Numbered from the stretch's first letter, positions 43,545-58,374 are shown. The stretch is DNA of 64,000 nucleotides from Octopus vulgaris (GCA_951406725.2 OX597815.1:96906001-96970000); one strand, 5' to 3'. Notes: generated from the sequence alone by a model not told the origin. Made by a program: numbers and translations.

Positions 43545-44130
43545 ATAACTTAGAATAACTTAGAAAGGTCTTGGCCAGTATTGGCCCAAGCCATGTCTAA
43601 CGTAATAGCACCACCTGGCGAAGTCTTTCAATTCAGGATTTGGGCACCAAGGCCCATTCGAGCAGAGAGTTATTGTTTGAGGAGACATATCCGGGTGTGG
43701 GTGGTTTGTCCGGGACTGTTTGAAGGAATTTGTCCAAAGACTTCTTGAATTTTGTGTTGTCAGTTTCTGTTTTGACGTGTCCTGGTGTGATGTTGAAGAG
43801 AGCGGGGTCCAATTGAGGTGAAATAATTGTGCTGTATTGTTGTTATGAGATGCGATTTAGATTTTTGTTGTGGGCGGATGGTACGGGGTCCAAGTCTTGC
43901 AGTGGAGAAAACTCTACTCTCTGATCATGACCTGGTTCTCTCTGATATGATATTTCACCGGCCAAAATGCAAAACAAACGTGATCCCTCCTGTCCACCCA
44001 TTTGACACTATGGATTTCCACAACGTAAACTGGGAAGCGATCAGTAATGATCTTGCACAAGTCGATTGGTCCTTCACGCACACATACACACCCACTAACA
44101 TCAAAAACATCAAAAAGTCATGGCAGTCAA
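43545..44130. mobile_element. 5'-inverted CR1-group LINE insertion (3' end on minus 43545-43900; APE-end segment on plus 43901-44130)
   Basis: Minus: RLGPRTIRPQQKSKSHLITTIQHNYFTSIG/ALFNITPGHVKTETDNTKFKKSLDKFLQTVPDKPPTPGY...NNSLLEW* then a (TCTAAGTTAT)2 tail. Plus: VEKTLLSDHDLV...MDFHNVNWEAISNDLAQVDW. Confidence 0.8.
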
Positions 44131-44132
44131 TG

Positions 44133-44164
<32 letters not shown>

Positions 44165-44838
44165 TACATAGCCGTCGTCAGTTTATTGAAAAACTGAAAT
44201 AATAAAAGAATGATACACTAAAAAATAAAAGAATATGATATAATATTGTACATGCACGCAAACACACACTTATCTATCATTATAATATAATATATTGAAA
44301 TATAAAGTCATGACAGAGGTGAAAGCATAAAATAACAGGAAAATACATACACAGTATACGTGGACAAGATCAAACCCTCCTCAATTATTAACCAAGTACA
44401 ATCAGAATTTAAATAGCTATAATTGCGAAAGTATTGTTGAATCCTGCGTCGAGCCATTTCACATCTCTGCACTGGCTCCGCAAATCTTGCACCGGCTTCA
44501 CAGATATTGTATGCACGCACGCACAAACACACATGCACAAACACAGGCACACACACATATACACATAGACACGCACAAGCACGCTCACACATATATACAC
44601 ACACATATACAGGCACACATCTTACTCTGTCCAAATATAATTGATTCATACGAACATGGCCTCGGATATACTTCCATTACGTAGCCTTTTGGCCAAGTAT
44701 TTCTGCTCTCGTCTCGTGTCGGCCCAAGCATTTTGAAGACGGAAAGCGAGAGAAATCCATCTTATGCATGTATTTCTAAATACATACACAAGTATATATC
44801 TATATCAATATCTATCTCTCTATCTCTCTATCTCTCTT

Positions 44839-44889
<51 letters not shown>

Positions 44890-44896
44890 GTGTGTG

Positions 44897-45017
<121 letters not shown>

Positions 45018-45327
45018 GTGTGTGTATATACCGGATTAAGTACATAAAAGAGAAATATTGTTGGAAAAAGAGTACTCAAATATAAATAATGAGAGAGAGA
45101 GAGCGAAGGCAGCATGTTCTTTGTCTACCTCCTTAACTTCTTGGAGATTTTAGGTATAATTATATTTAAGTGTCCATCTGTTTTAAATTAATTAAATTCT
45201 ATGACTTTGTGCAACTGAGGATTGCTCTTCATTTTAAATTGATGTAATGAGTGCATTGCCCAATTAAATGAAGTTGCATGAAACTATCGTACTGCATTAC
45301 CTCTGGATATTCTTGGTGCTTATTTTG

Positions 45328-45738
45328 AATACGTACACTGAACTATTGAGAAACCCCTAGTTACTCTAACCTGATTACAAGTTCAGCTTTAAACCTACAA
45401 ATATTGGGGCACTGGGATATGAAACAGACTGCCTAAATAACAATCTTCAAAAAATAGGCTCCTCAAAACCAGAAAGGAGACTGCTGATTCGAAGTCTACA
45501 CATGTAAGCCATCATTGGAACTGTAAAATTCTGTAAAAGTTTCCAGAAATTTATCATTAAAATATATATATGAGCATGTCTACATGTGTGTAAGAAGACA
45601 TACATAAAGCAAACCGTATAAATCTGCACGTATATTTACATATATAAAAAAGATACCCTGTTGTTGATGTTGAAATTCGATGAAGTTTAGAAACCGGCAC
45701 TTTATTGCAAAAAAGGTTGAAATAAAACTGAATAATGA
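45328..45738 (+). mobile_element. 3' end of RLE-type LINE (family R-B), second copy
   Basis: NTYTELLRN...DYKFSF..IGALGYETDCLNNNLQKIGSSKPERRLLIRSL. 3' UTR ends AAATAAAACTGAATAATGA followed by TACATACA. Confidence 0.75.
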
Positions 45739-45805
45739 CTTACATACATAAATGCATACATACATTCATAATACTCTGTCACTCGCTATTACACTGTACA
45801 CAGTT

Positions 45806-45889
<84 letters not shown>

Positions 45890-48800
45890 TTATCATCACA
45901 GATAATCACTTTTCGATGAAGGAATACAGGTAGAAACTCAAAGTTTGTGTTAACCCGGTTTATACACCTTTGAATATTACAGGTTCATGTTATTAAACAT
46001 AATACCCGGCATTTATATATAATATTTAAGGTGTCCTAATGTAATATGACAGAAGATGCGCGTTATTTATCTAGATAGAATTTAAACACTTTATAGCTCT
46101 CCAATATTCAAAAGAAACCATGCATACGAAATATTTATTCTCAGTATCTAGCACAAATTAATAAAGTATAGCAATTATTATTTTCATCATTCTACCTTGA
46201 ATACATGGTCAGTTGACCACATACCCTTTCTAATTTCCAAAACACTGATAGTTGTGCTAATGCAACCGGCCTTTATTATTTATACGTTGATATAATACTA
46301 AATACTCGATATTCATATTTGGTGTACTGCTTCCAAAATTGTTTATCGAATCAAGCGTTAGGGCACGAATGAATAGTTTGATACATTTACATAAAGTGTG
46401 TTTAAGGTCGCTTTCGAGGTCTAGCATACTGGAGATTCAATCAACGTAACTACAGGTAGCTGTAGTCTCAAAGTGATTCTGAAACAGCACCCGCTTTTAA
46501 ATTACCTGTACTATTTCATATATCCAATTTTACGCGGATAAATATCTCTCATAAGGTAAGTTTGAACCTTCTTTATGATAGCTACCTATAAACACAAGTT
46601 TCCATGCCTTTCACTCGCTGCAAAATTTCCAACTGTCCTTTAAGTTTTGCAGCGCATCATGAATCTGTTATTTATAATGTTACGTGTTACATTTTTTTTA
46701 TATTTATAATGTTTTGTCTTACATTTTTGCTCTCTTCTTTATCAACAATTGTGATTAACTTCTGAATAAATGAACTGGTGATTACTGAACTCCATTATGC
46801 TACAAGGATCTCAATTGATGGGACTTGAGTTACTCGACACATCTAGTATCATTTTTCATACTATTTAACACATATATTAAGATCTTTGGTGTTCGCAGGA
46901 AGTCAGAAACACGATGTAGGAAGAACACATCTTTTCTGCTCATTTCTCAAGATTTCAATCCAGACTTCTCGAGTACCTGGCCCCAGTGAGGGCAAATAAC
47001 ATCAGTATTCCTGCAAAATTGAAGAAAATGTCTAAGAAATGTTTTAATCGGGTATTATAAATGACTTCATATGAGATAAAACTTTGAGTTGTAGATGAAA
47101 TAATATATCTGTTAGTAGCTTCGACTGGTTCGCCCCACCAAAACTTTCTAGCCTTGTATGTGAGTTAGACATCCTAAATATGATAATACTGAGCCTCTTC
47201 AACTAATTCCTTTTTTTACTTCAGTAATATATTTGTGTGAGATTCTTAATTATTGTTTTATTTTTCAAGGTATTTCCATGTAGAATTAAACTGTCGTAGT
47301 AACAACACTTCACAATCTATCCCTATCGCCAATTTCCATTTCAAACCCAGTTTTCTATTTTCCTCTAGCGTGTAAATTGCTATTCGTAAGTGAATATTGT
47401 ACCTTTCTGTTTTGTTAATGCCATGGCTATGTGTATCAAATCTGCTTACAGCAACACAATAAGATTGAAGAATAATCGTTTTTGCGTGTGCGCGCGGCTG
47501 TATATGTATGTATATATAAATATGTGTGTGCGTACGTGTGTGTGTGTGTATGTAAGTGTGTGTATGTGTGTTTATACATATTTGTCTGTGTATCAATCTA
47601 TCTATAATGATGCAGTGTTTTATATTTACATGTATGTGTGTGTGTTGTCTGTATCATAATTCATATATTGAAGAACATGAATATGAAGCAGTCTTCAATA
47701 TTTCATCATTACTTCATTAAGATCATCTTCTCTGATATATACTGTATACGTATGTGTGTTTGTGTGTGCGTGCGTGTGTCTCTGCGCGCGTGCGTGTCTC
47801 TGCGCGTGTGTGTATTCTGTCTCTCTGTCTGTCTGTGAGCGTGCTTTTGCTGAGTGTCTGTGTAAAGCGATGATATCCGCCGGCAAATGGTAACGCAAAA
47901 TGTTGACAGTTGAATAAATGTTATGCCGCGAGGAAGAAATATCTAATGTTTGGTGTAGAAAAACATTAATGTGAGAGAGTTGATTCGTTTATTAGTGTTG
48001 TTACATAAATAGATTTGGAGGAACAGTGAGAATAACAAGTATTATAACAATGATTCATTCAACTATTTTAACTTCATATATTTATATATTAATAATTACT
48101 TGAAACACCAGATATTTTATTTTATTACTCAATATGAAAATTATATAATTGATGGAGAAATATTACTCATAAAATGCTTTTTTTTATTCTTTAGAAATAA
48201 TGGAAACATAATACATATACAAAACCAGAAAATAGAAATTGACACACACATAATTAAATTGAGGTCAATCAATTTTAGAAATTTGAAGCAAATTAAATTT
48301 GGCAATTTCTCATGCATGCGCGACATAATTTGCTGCAAATACTCTACTTTATTACATATCGATTTATGAAACTGATTCATCGTGTTGACCTGTATTATAT
48401 ATTCTATCCTCTCCAGTCACAGTTTCATTCACTGTGCATAATTTTACATAGTTCTATAGTAGATATTTGGTTATCAATACCGCATTAAATATTTATATTT
48501 GCTTTTGTGCATGTGTTGCAAAATATATATGTACCTCTGTGTACATACGGTCATGCACGACTATTCGACTGAGATATCGTGTAACTTTACCGCAATGTGA
48601 ACAATGATGCATATATATTTATGATAAAACTCTCGGTGGGGCATTTTATTTGGTATAACTTCTTTAGAATTATTAAAAAACTTATCAAATATACATTCCC
48701 TGTATGATCCATCCTATTTCAGTTTTAAAATCTACATGATTCTGGCAATATTCTGGCGGTACTGTGTTGTATATAGTTTAAGTAAATCATGCAGTAGAAA

Positions 48801-49029
48801 TACTATGACTGACGATATCTATCAAATATATATTTCTATACAAGAAAGAGTTGAAAAGGAAAATTCTGATAATGTCAAATCATGCGAATATTTATTTGAC
48901 ATAGGCCGTATGACGTTTAATCAATAGATTCGTAAAAGTTTAAAATATTTGTTTACTATTGAAGTTCTGTCACAGTCATCTGCTTGCAGGCAGTATAGAA
49001 AATTTAATTGTAGCTAAATTTCTTATGCT

Positions 49030-49357
49030 TAATATTGGTTTCAAATTTTGGAATAAGGCTCCGCAGTTTCAGAGGAGAAAATCGATCCAATCGACTCCAG
49101 TGATCGACTTTCTTTTAACATTTGAGGTAATTTACTGCATTTAAGAGAACACGGGAAAATCATTTGCAGTGGTTTTGCAAGAGCCTTCTTGCATTTTTTA
49201 AACATATTTGCTGGGACTCAATCTAGGCCTGTTGTAGTATTTATATGAATTACTTTGAAATTATTCTATAGATACTAGCAAAATCGTACTCGACAGAATT
49301 TGAACTCAAAGCATGAAAACGGCCGAAATGCCAACGATTTCGCCACCTCACCGCCTT
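49030..49357 (-). mobile_element. Fragments of SINE family B
   Basis: ATTGGTTTCAAATTTTGG...ATCGACTCCAGT (tail) and CAGAATTTGAACTCAAAG...CGAAATGCCAACGATTTCGCCACCTCACCGCCTT (head). Confidence 0.55.
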
Positions 49358-52300
49358 TCTAATGATTAATATTGAAATTTTATTTATTCCCGAAGAGTTA
49401 AAACCAGTACAAACCTTGCTTCTAAAGGAGTAAAAAAAATACAGCGAACAGAAACGCTGTTGAATGATGCAATAATGTATCCGTATATTTAGTGAAATCG
49501 AAAATAGTAAATCGAAAATACTGTATGGACTAGCTTCATAAGGCAGAACGTTGCTATATATGCTACACATACTAGCACAATTATATTGTCTGACAAGCTG
49601 CATACTCTAAGAATTAAACGTTCATCTTCGATTCTAGTTTGAAGCTATTTCATTTTACTAAACGTTATAAATCGCTGAAATTCTATACAACCAGAAAATT
49701 TATCCGTACATCCATATATTAATTAATCCTGACAAGATGAAAAAGAAACCGATACACAAATACATTGTAGATATCCCATTTGTGAAAATCGATTGCTTTC
49801 AGCTAGTTAAATAAGCCATTTACACAAGCAATAATAGCCAACTGAATTAAGCATATCTTATTTCTGTTGTTTATAGCAAAGGAATATAGGGAAGAAAATC
49901 ATGGCTGGTAGTATCTGAATTCAAGAGATCAAGCAAAATTAACGACGTTATTTCGATAGCGTCCCAAAATTTGAATCTCTCTGATTAACTTCATCGTCGC
50001 AATTATTTGCTTTTCTCAAAAGAAAACTCACTTTGGCATGGTAGTCTGCATAGTTACTTGAATAAACCATTACGTATTAACGGAACTAGCTTTATTATTA
50101 AAAAAAAACTACAACGAAAGGAAACCTACGTGAGAGAGAATTGAACTTTCGATGCATTGATAGTGAAATATTTCCCTTGAATGAAAGCAGTATTAATTGC
50201 CCAGTGTGTAATATTGATGTAGTTGGTGTAATTGGTGTAAACGCTGATGTAACACTATATATTGGTATGATATACTGTATTTGCTTATATTATATGACAT
50301 ATGAACTGCATACAAAATTAGAATCTACATTTACATAACATTTATTCATTCATAACGTCGGAGGTCAGTGATATACAGAAATAAAATATATTTCTGAGCG
50401 TTCACTTATATTTTAGCAAATGTCCTTTAACTTTGTATTTATTCAGTAAAATCTGTGAGTAGAGGAAAAGAGATTACATTCACAGAAAATTACAGAGTAT
50501 ATACAAAAAATGAATGATCACAATTTGAACTATTCTTAATGAACTGCTTGACTTAAGCGTTTCATCGATTCAGCCATTTACATTAACGTACATTCATCCA
50601 TAAAAATTGAGGATTTCCCATCTTATATTATGCCTTTCTTTTGAAACGCCAAATCTGTCCAACTCAACTTCCGATATTAGAGGTTTTGGTAATATGATGC
50701 TTTTGAGAGAAGTGGTGAAAATACTTCATATAGATTTACTGATGAACCTATGAGATAGATGTCAATCTATTTCCGAGTTAGTTTCATGAAGCACCCGTTT
50801 AGGAAGTCATTACTGAATGGTTGTTTCCGTTAGATTAAATTCCTATGATCTGCATATTGATTGATATATTTTCTTCATACTCTGCAGCTATTTTGCTATT
50901 CATTTTTTTACTTCTTTTTTTCAAATATTCTTTTCTCTAACAAGCAGGAATGTGAGAAATAGCAAAATACTAATAATTATTTATTCTCTTTAAATGAAAC
51001 TGCTCGATATAGCAACTAAATTATCAATCGAGGATTTTGTGATACTTCCTTAAACATTGAAGAAAGTAGTGTAATAAATCTGAACATAGTTTATAAAATC
51101 AACTCCAAATGAAGGTGGAGCCCTACAAAACAAAAGAGAAATTGTCATGCCTTACATTATGCAATAGTTATGCCATCACATGAAATGTGAAATATATGCA
51201 CAAACAACATTGTATATTTGCCCCAAGGTAATTATATAAATGATTTAGGAAAGTGTTTCAAAAACAAAATACATTAATAGAGTTTATATAATTATGAGTA
51301 TAACTGTTTTTTCAAAAGCTCATGAAGAGCTGAGAATTGTCTACGGCAACGGAAATATATACGAATACTGATTTTGATAGGACATACAATTTACATTCAT
51401 ATTACGAGTCAAAGGCGAATCCTTTTTATGGACATTCCATATACTAGAAATAGTAGTTAAATGAACTAAAACTAAGCATCCTGCTCTCTCAAAAAAGAAA
51501 GCGATGCACAAGATAAAGTGTATATGTAGGTACTTCCGAGTTCGATAAAACAGATTTTGACACATGGGTGGAATATTGAGGGATCGTCTGCACATTGGGA
51601 AAAATAGTATTTCCGGTATTTGTTTACGCTTATTATGTTCTTTAGTTACTGTGGTGCAAGTGATGTACTTTTGTCTCTTTGAAGCCTACGAGATGTTGGC
51701 TTCCAGAAAAGGGGGCGTAAACAAGAAACGGATATGAATGTTTGCATTCTTTCACGAAATTTACATTTCATCAAATAGGATTTTTTTAGAAAAAACTATA
51801 ACTTTTCGTCAAATCGATGAAGTAGAAAGACAGGTGTTGACTGCCACCCTATATTAATGGTAGGTATTAAATCTAAGACGTGCAGGTCATTTACTACAGT
51901 TCATTTGCATCTATACTAATTCCTTAATATTTGTGCGATAAAATATTGCTTGCAATCATCATTCTATTAAAAGTATTTGTGAAACAGACAGATAATAACG
52001 TGACTATGTGAAACATATGTAGTAAGGGGATTTGTTACTAATTTAGTGAATACATTAAATATGTGCTGAAGAATTTGCAACCAAGTGAAACGCCTTTCAC
52101 GGACGCTTTTTTAATATATAATCAATCACAAACTAACATTTATAAATGACAAGAGCATCGGCAGATCCACCTACTGTTCGAGTAAGGCTGATATAAATTT
52201 CCATCCCACTGTGATTAGAGAAAATCAATACCATGAAACTCGTCGCTAGAAGTAATCAAAATGTTGACGTTAACTTGCATTTTGAGTCAGAGAATAGTCC

Positions 52301-52597
52301 CTAGCAGTTCCATCATTTTAATCGCTACAATGTTTATTATAAGTGCCTAGAGACAAGTTGAAGCTGGCAACTATATCTCCTCCTTAAAAATTTCTTTCAA
52401 TTAACATCTCTTTACATTTATTGCCAACACATTTGTTTTATGTTCTCTGTGCGCAACACACGTCTGACACAAAACGCATAAAAAAGTATTTATATGAATT
52501 ACTTTCAAATAATTCTATATATACTATCCAAAATTCATTGAAGTTCAACATGAAAATCATGCATGTAAGAACACATATTATATATATGTATATAACT

Positions 52598-52863
52598 TGG
52601 CGTTTCCAGGATGAGAGAAAAAACGGCGAACATTCTGGGAAACGCGCAACCAGCAGAACTGAGAAAACCATCCCAGATGTGGGTGCAACTGTGAGAGGAA
52701 ATCGTCGAATCACCATCAGTTAGTTATCACAGAATGTGCTGAATAGTTACGGTTCAGTTCAGTCGATTATTAAATAAGATTCGGGTAAGAGACCTGTGTC
52801 TGCCAACTTTATGCCAAAACTGCTTTCAGCTGACCAAATGGACACTCGGATTTCAGTTGCACA
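52598..52863 (+). mobile_element. Mariner transposase fragment (second HTH + WVPHEL-equivalent)
   Basis: WRFQDERKNGEHSGKRATSRTEKTIPDVGATVRGNRRITIS*LSQNVLNSYGSVQSIIK*DSGKRPVSANFMPKLLSADQMDTRISVAQ. Confidence 0.8.
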
Positions 52864-52874
52864 AAGCTTTTCTC

Positions 52875-52955
52875 TGCTAGGGCTATAATAGAAGCCCAAG
52901 GTGCCACGCAGTAGGACTGAAATGGGGACCATGCGGTTGGCAAGCAAACTTGTTA
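52875..52955 (-). mobile_element. SINE family A head fragment abutting the mariner remnant
   Basis: GGGCTATAATAGAAGCCCAAGGTGCCACGCAGTAGGACTGAAATGGGGACCATGCGGTTGGCAAGCAAACTT parallels 2515-2594. Confidence 0.7.
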
Positions 52956-53796
52956 CTTTCCCCCCACGCACACAAACACAGAAATGGGTATATTGCATAA
53001 CACACCGAAATCTGAAACGTTGAAATAAATTATAGCTGGACAATGCCTATCTAAGTATGAAATGAAATGTAAACATATTTCTTTTGTGCATTTTATGTGG
53101 GATATAAGTTGCAGATGCTAATTAAATTAAAATAAACACCTAATGTATTCATTTGAATATTTTAGTGAAAATATACAAATGTAGGATACCCGTAATAATG
53201 AATTGTTTCCTGCCGTTGTGATGTCACGCGCATAGCAGGAAATAATATCTTTCAAGATGGCGTTATGCAGAAAGTTAATGGGTTGTGTTCGCCCGAAAAT
53301 CCAATGTGTTATGTACTATTAATTATTATTACTAATATTATATTTCTCTTCACTTCAGTTGTCATATCTTAGAACAATATGCATAATTCATCTGTACTGA
53401 GTTCTAGTGAGCAAATCTACTGTTATCACTTCGTGATAAAAACATTGACGTCAACACACAGAAGATATATATATATATGTATATTTACATTTATCTACAT
53501 ATCTATCTAACTTTATGTCTATGCATCTAGCCACAAGCGCACATTCACTTACACATACACACTCAAACATGCACTCACACATACTCACTCACGCACATAC
53601 ACACACAAATGTAAGTGTTTGTTAGTGTGTGGCTGTGTATAAATTGCATGGATAAATTGTCCGTTGCGAAAACTGAAAATAACCTCAGCAATAAGGGACA
53701 ATATATATATATAAAAGCAAACCTACACCACCAGGGACATAAATGTAGGTATGTGTGTGTACGTGTGTGCGTGTGCATATGAGTGCGCGTGTATTT

Positions 53797-54030
53797 GAAG
53801 GTACGTGACTTAGTGTTTGGTCCGATCGGTTTGCGATGATATGGTCGTAGGTACCATTCCTGTTGGTGCGTTCTGGCCTTTAGTAAGACAATTTATTTCC
53901 CGTTGTACTAGTCCACTCAAGTAGCAAATATGAGAAGTACTTGTATTTCAAAGGACCAGCCTGGTCACATTGTGTTTCGCGATCTGCCTGAGAACTACGT
54001 TTGAGATATATGTGGCTGTGCATGTCACAT
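53797..54030 (+). mobile_element. Degenerate tRNA-derived SINE (family C)
   Basis: tRNA-like head (GTGACTTAGTG ... GGTCGTAGGTACCATTCC) followed by a CORE-like segment (AGTAAGACAATTTATTTCCCGTTGTACTAGTCCACTCAAG). Single copy in window; family recognition is from memory. Confidence 0.45.
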
Positions 54031-54675
54031 GATGTTAGTTTTACTCATCAATTCTCTCACATTTTTTTCATTGTGTTATTCATTTTTCGTTATTTCAGCT
54101 TCCAAATCGATTTTCTCCATTGCTGTTATTCCAATCCCTTTGGAGCTGTGTATTTCCATTTTTTTTTTTTTTGCTTCTATCCTACATCCACATTTCGAAA
54201 GTAAATACTCTTAAACTGCAAACGTATTTTGCATATATCGATACACCACCTCAAATAATCCCTTTCACCACTCCCGTCTTTTATTCTTCGAATCCTCAGG
54301 TACCTTACATTTAAAAGTTCTTCCCCTACTGCATAATCATGAAAGTTTCCATCACCACACTCTGTGTATATCATGTCCGACTCATCAATATTTGCGATAT
54401 TTCTAAACTTCACTTTCTATATTGTTAGGTTCCTTCTCATAGACTTTTCTCTTCGTCTTCGCATTTGTTTTTATTTTACCTTCATACCATACTTTCTCTT
54501 ATATCCTATCAATCATAGCAATTTTACTTAGATTTATTTCTATTTTTCTCCTTGCCAGTATGTAGATGGACCTCTATGCCTATGTATGTATGTATGTAAC
54601 TATGTATGTATGTATATATATATACATATATATACATTATATATATATATATATATATATTTATGCCCATATATA

Positions 54676-54745
<70 letters not shown>

Positions 54746-55140
54746 GTGTGTATACATATATACATACATATACACACAGGCATACAAACACTCACACATA
54801 CACACACATATATATGATCCCATATGGGTGATATAGTTAAAGTGTATATACATTTTTGTTAGTTAATAATGTGTGTATTTATGTGTGTATGTGCTTTTGT
54901 GTTTGCTTATATTTATGTTCCCTTACGAGCAAAAATTCCGAGTCATTGCACTTAATAATGTACGTCAACTTGTTATAAATATATAAATATATCTTTCAAA
55001 ATATCTGAATTCACTTTGAAATGTGTTTCTCAAATTCTAGGTCCCTGAGCAATGTTTAGAATATATCAAACTTTGAAAATTTAATGATAAAGGATATATA
55101 TATATATATATATATATATGTAAGTATGTATGTATATATG

Positions 55141-55172
<32 letters not shown>

Positions 55173-55184
55173 TGTATGTATGTA

Positions 55185-55220
<36 letters not shown>

Positions 55221-55382
55221 TGAGACAATGCATATAGCCGTTCTTTTTTAATCTTTTGGGAAAAGAAATTCACACACACACACGCACTCACACCTATATA
55301 TATGCGTGTACCCATAGATACATACAGACAAGTAAATACATGCACACACACACATAAATATAGGTGTATATATGTGTGTATG

Positions 55383-55417
<35 letters not shown>

Positions 55418-58054
55418 ATGTATATATATATATATATATTGATAGATTTATATCTATATATGCATATTATGTTTATATATATAATCAATAAATGGGATGC
55501 TGTCATATAAATGAAAAGGAATGTATGATGGGATATTAATGTCTGTATCTATGAATGAAGAGGATACTATAGCATTCTTACGTATTCTAAGCAAACCATA
55601 CAAAAGGATATATTGTAAGGATATCACATATAGAATGGAAGCTTAGAAATATTATTTTCTCAACTTATTCATGGAACATATTTACTTTAAATCTATCTCA
55701 TTTTGTTTACTCTATGGGTATATTTTGTATAAGGCAACCATCATATTGCAGAATTAAGAAGACGATTTTCAAAACATATTTTGTCTTCTCAAAGAAATCT
55801 GTTATTCGGTAATTTGGTCTAAGATTCGCCAAACGAAAGACGGGTTGGTCTCAGTTGGATCAAAGCAAGACTTCAACTTAAGAAACCGCTTCCATTTTCT
55901 TGAGCTATTTAGCAGACATCTATCTACAGATGATCTGATTGATTCTTCATTCTAAATACGTAATTATTCCTGGAATATTGTTTTTGAAATATAAATTAAT
56001 GTGCGATTAGGAGATAATATTTCCCTATCAGAATATGTAACATAATGCAGTTAATAGAGCTTATAATTCCGAGCTGAATTAAGATGACGTATTGGTAGTT
56101 CTTTTGTTTGTGTGTGTCAAAGAAATGAACTTGCGGAATTTCTTGAAACTCTTTCAGTTCTTGGATTTTATCATACAGTGGCCAAATTTATATTTTATTT
56201 TTTGGTGTTAATAAAATAAAATGCGAATGAAATGATGTATTCGACTGTAACCACTACTGTGCTGCTCCAATATTCAATATGGTAGCATAGCACAGAGAGC
56301 CTAAATCATCACCCAGTCTGCGGGTTCCTTTCATAAGCAAGTTAACTCACCGGAGTGTACTACCGTCACAGCAACATCATATGTTTATAAAGGTCTATGC
56401 TGTTGCTAACCCATCACACAAACTCAACATCACATGCATTCAATACACATACTTTCTTTAGGATTAGCTTTATATCACAAAAGATATAGAGCACAAATAA
56501 AGTATAATGGCGAGTTGAATCGAAATATTCTAAGAGTAATGCGGAACCTAATATTTTTCAATATTTGTTTGTGGCTTCACATCATCTCTTATCGAACAGA
56601 CCTATGCTCATGAAAAACTCTCACCATTACTATGCCATTTCATCCTCAACTATGTTCTCCAGTATATTGTTCCCTTTTTCTTAGTGTCTATCGTTTCTTG
56701 GAGTCTATCGTTTCAGAAAAACTCTCTGCTCTTTCAACCAGTTCAAGTGACCATGTAGAAGCTTCATTTGTTTTGAAAATGTTTTTTTTTATATATATCA
56801 TATGTACCACCACTACGAAGCTACTGTTCTGCTGTGAGCTAGAACTTCTTTGTGTAATAAACCCAGAGAAAATTTTACTATATAAAGAAATAATATTCGT
56901 TATATTAATTCTCGAGGAATATTAAGAGCTGTCGTCATAATACATTTCTAAGCTCTACAGATACAGACAAGAGCTCCACCAAAATACCACACAAGTAACT
57001 TTCAGATGTATTTCTTTCACAAAGCGAATGACGAATATTTTTCTCCTATTGTGACAAATAGTATTATTGAGAATCTAAAATAACATTCACCATTTGTTTC
57101 AGTATCCTGAGTTGACGAAAAGAAGTGAGTTATGTTTGTCACAAAGTTTTGATATCAATTAAAATTACAACCATTAGATATGATGACCAACAATTTGCTT
57201 ATATTCTTACCAACTTTCTGATAGTGAAGATTTTAGTATGATAATGAAACTATTGTATTCAAACTGAATAGTTAATTTTTGTTCCTTGTTGATTACCAGC
57301 TCCATAAAGCTTGCAGAATGAACTTAGAGTGATGTACAATTTTCGTTTGATCAGTTACTCCGAATATGAATAATAGAGAAGACAAACATTTAGTGGGAGG
57401 GAAGTTGGATGGATGCAGGAAACTGCTTTAGTGCGAGGTATGGTTTAGAAATACTATATATAATGTTGTAATAAGATGTAGACGTTTCAGTAGCGGAATT
57501 GCATGACATTTTGATATGAATGACGAAGTCAGTCAATAGATGTTTTCGAAATTCTACTTTGCAAATCCTGGATCTATATATATATCAATGATATCGTTAA
57601 ATCAAATATTTATACTATAATTTTGTTTTTGTTTTTGTTTTTGTAATCTACCAAAAGTTGAATACTACTTAGATTTGCGAACCGGAGTTCATTTAATACA
57701 TTGTATTTTCCTGAAGAGAGAGAAAAAAACGCTTCATAGCGGATAGTAATTTATGCTATAAAATATTTATCCTGACTAGATCTGCCTTCAGTAAACAAAA
57801 TATACAGCAGGGTATTAACTTTAATGACATAAGCATTTGTTGAACCTCATTATTCTGAAGGAAATTTAGAGCAGATTTAAATTACAAAACTTAAATTTGA
57901 TTTAGCTTTCGGCAGATATTACAGTCGAGAATCTTTTGTGTTTCACGTAATGCAACCACAGATATAGAGAAAGCAAAACTTTAGTAAATATGTGTATGTA
58001 TTTGATCTGAGAACATAAATGGAGAATGGCGATTTGATATATAGCATATATATA

Positions 58055-58094
<40 letters not shown>

Positions 58095-58096
<2 letters not shown>

Positions 58097-58374
58097 CGGG
58101 AAGCTTTATGAAAATAAACAAAAGACGAAGGCAGGTGGAAAACAAACGAACAATTGTATTAGTATGGCGCTCAGGAAATATAAATAAAACAAGTCTTTAA
58201 CGTTTCGAGCCTACGCTCTTCAACAGAAAGATACACAGAGAGAAAAAAACACAGAAAGAGGGAGAGAAAAAAATGCGTGCAGTAGCTAACGAATCAACAT
58301 GGCGATCTGATTTCGGCCAGAGGTCAAAGATCAAACATGAGACGCGAGAGCGAAATAAGGGGAGATAATAGGGT

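Noticed and set aside
46890-47000. Candidate exon 2 after TTCGCAG| (also acceptors near 36045 and 63728)
   Set aside because: Phase-1 translation does not resemble an iGluR amino-terminal domain and hits early stops.
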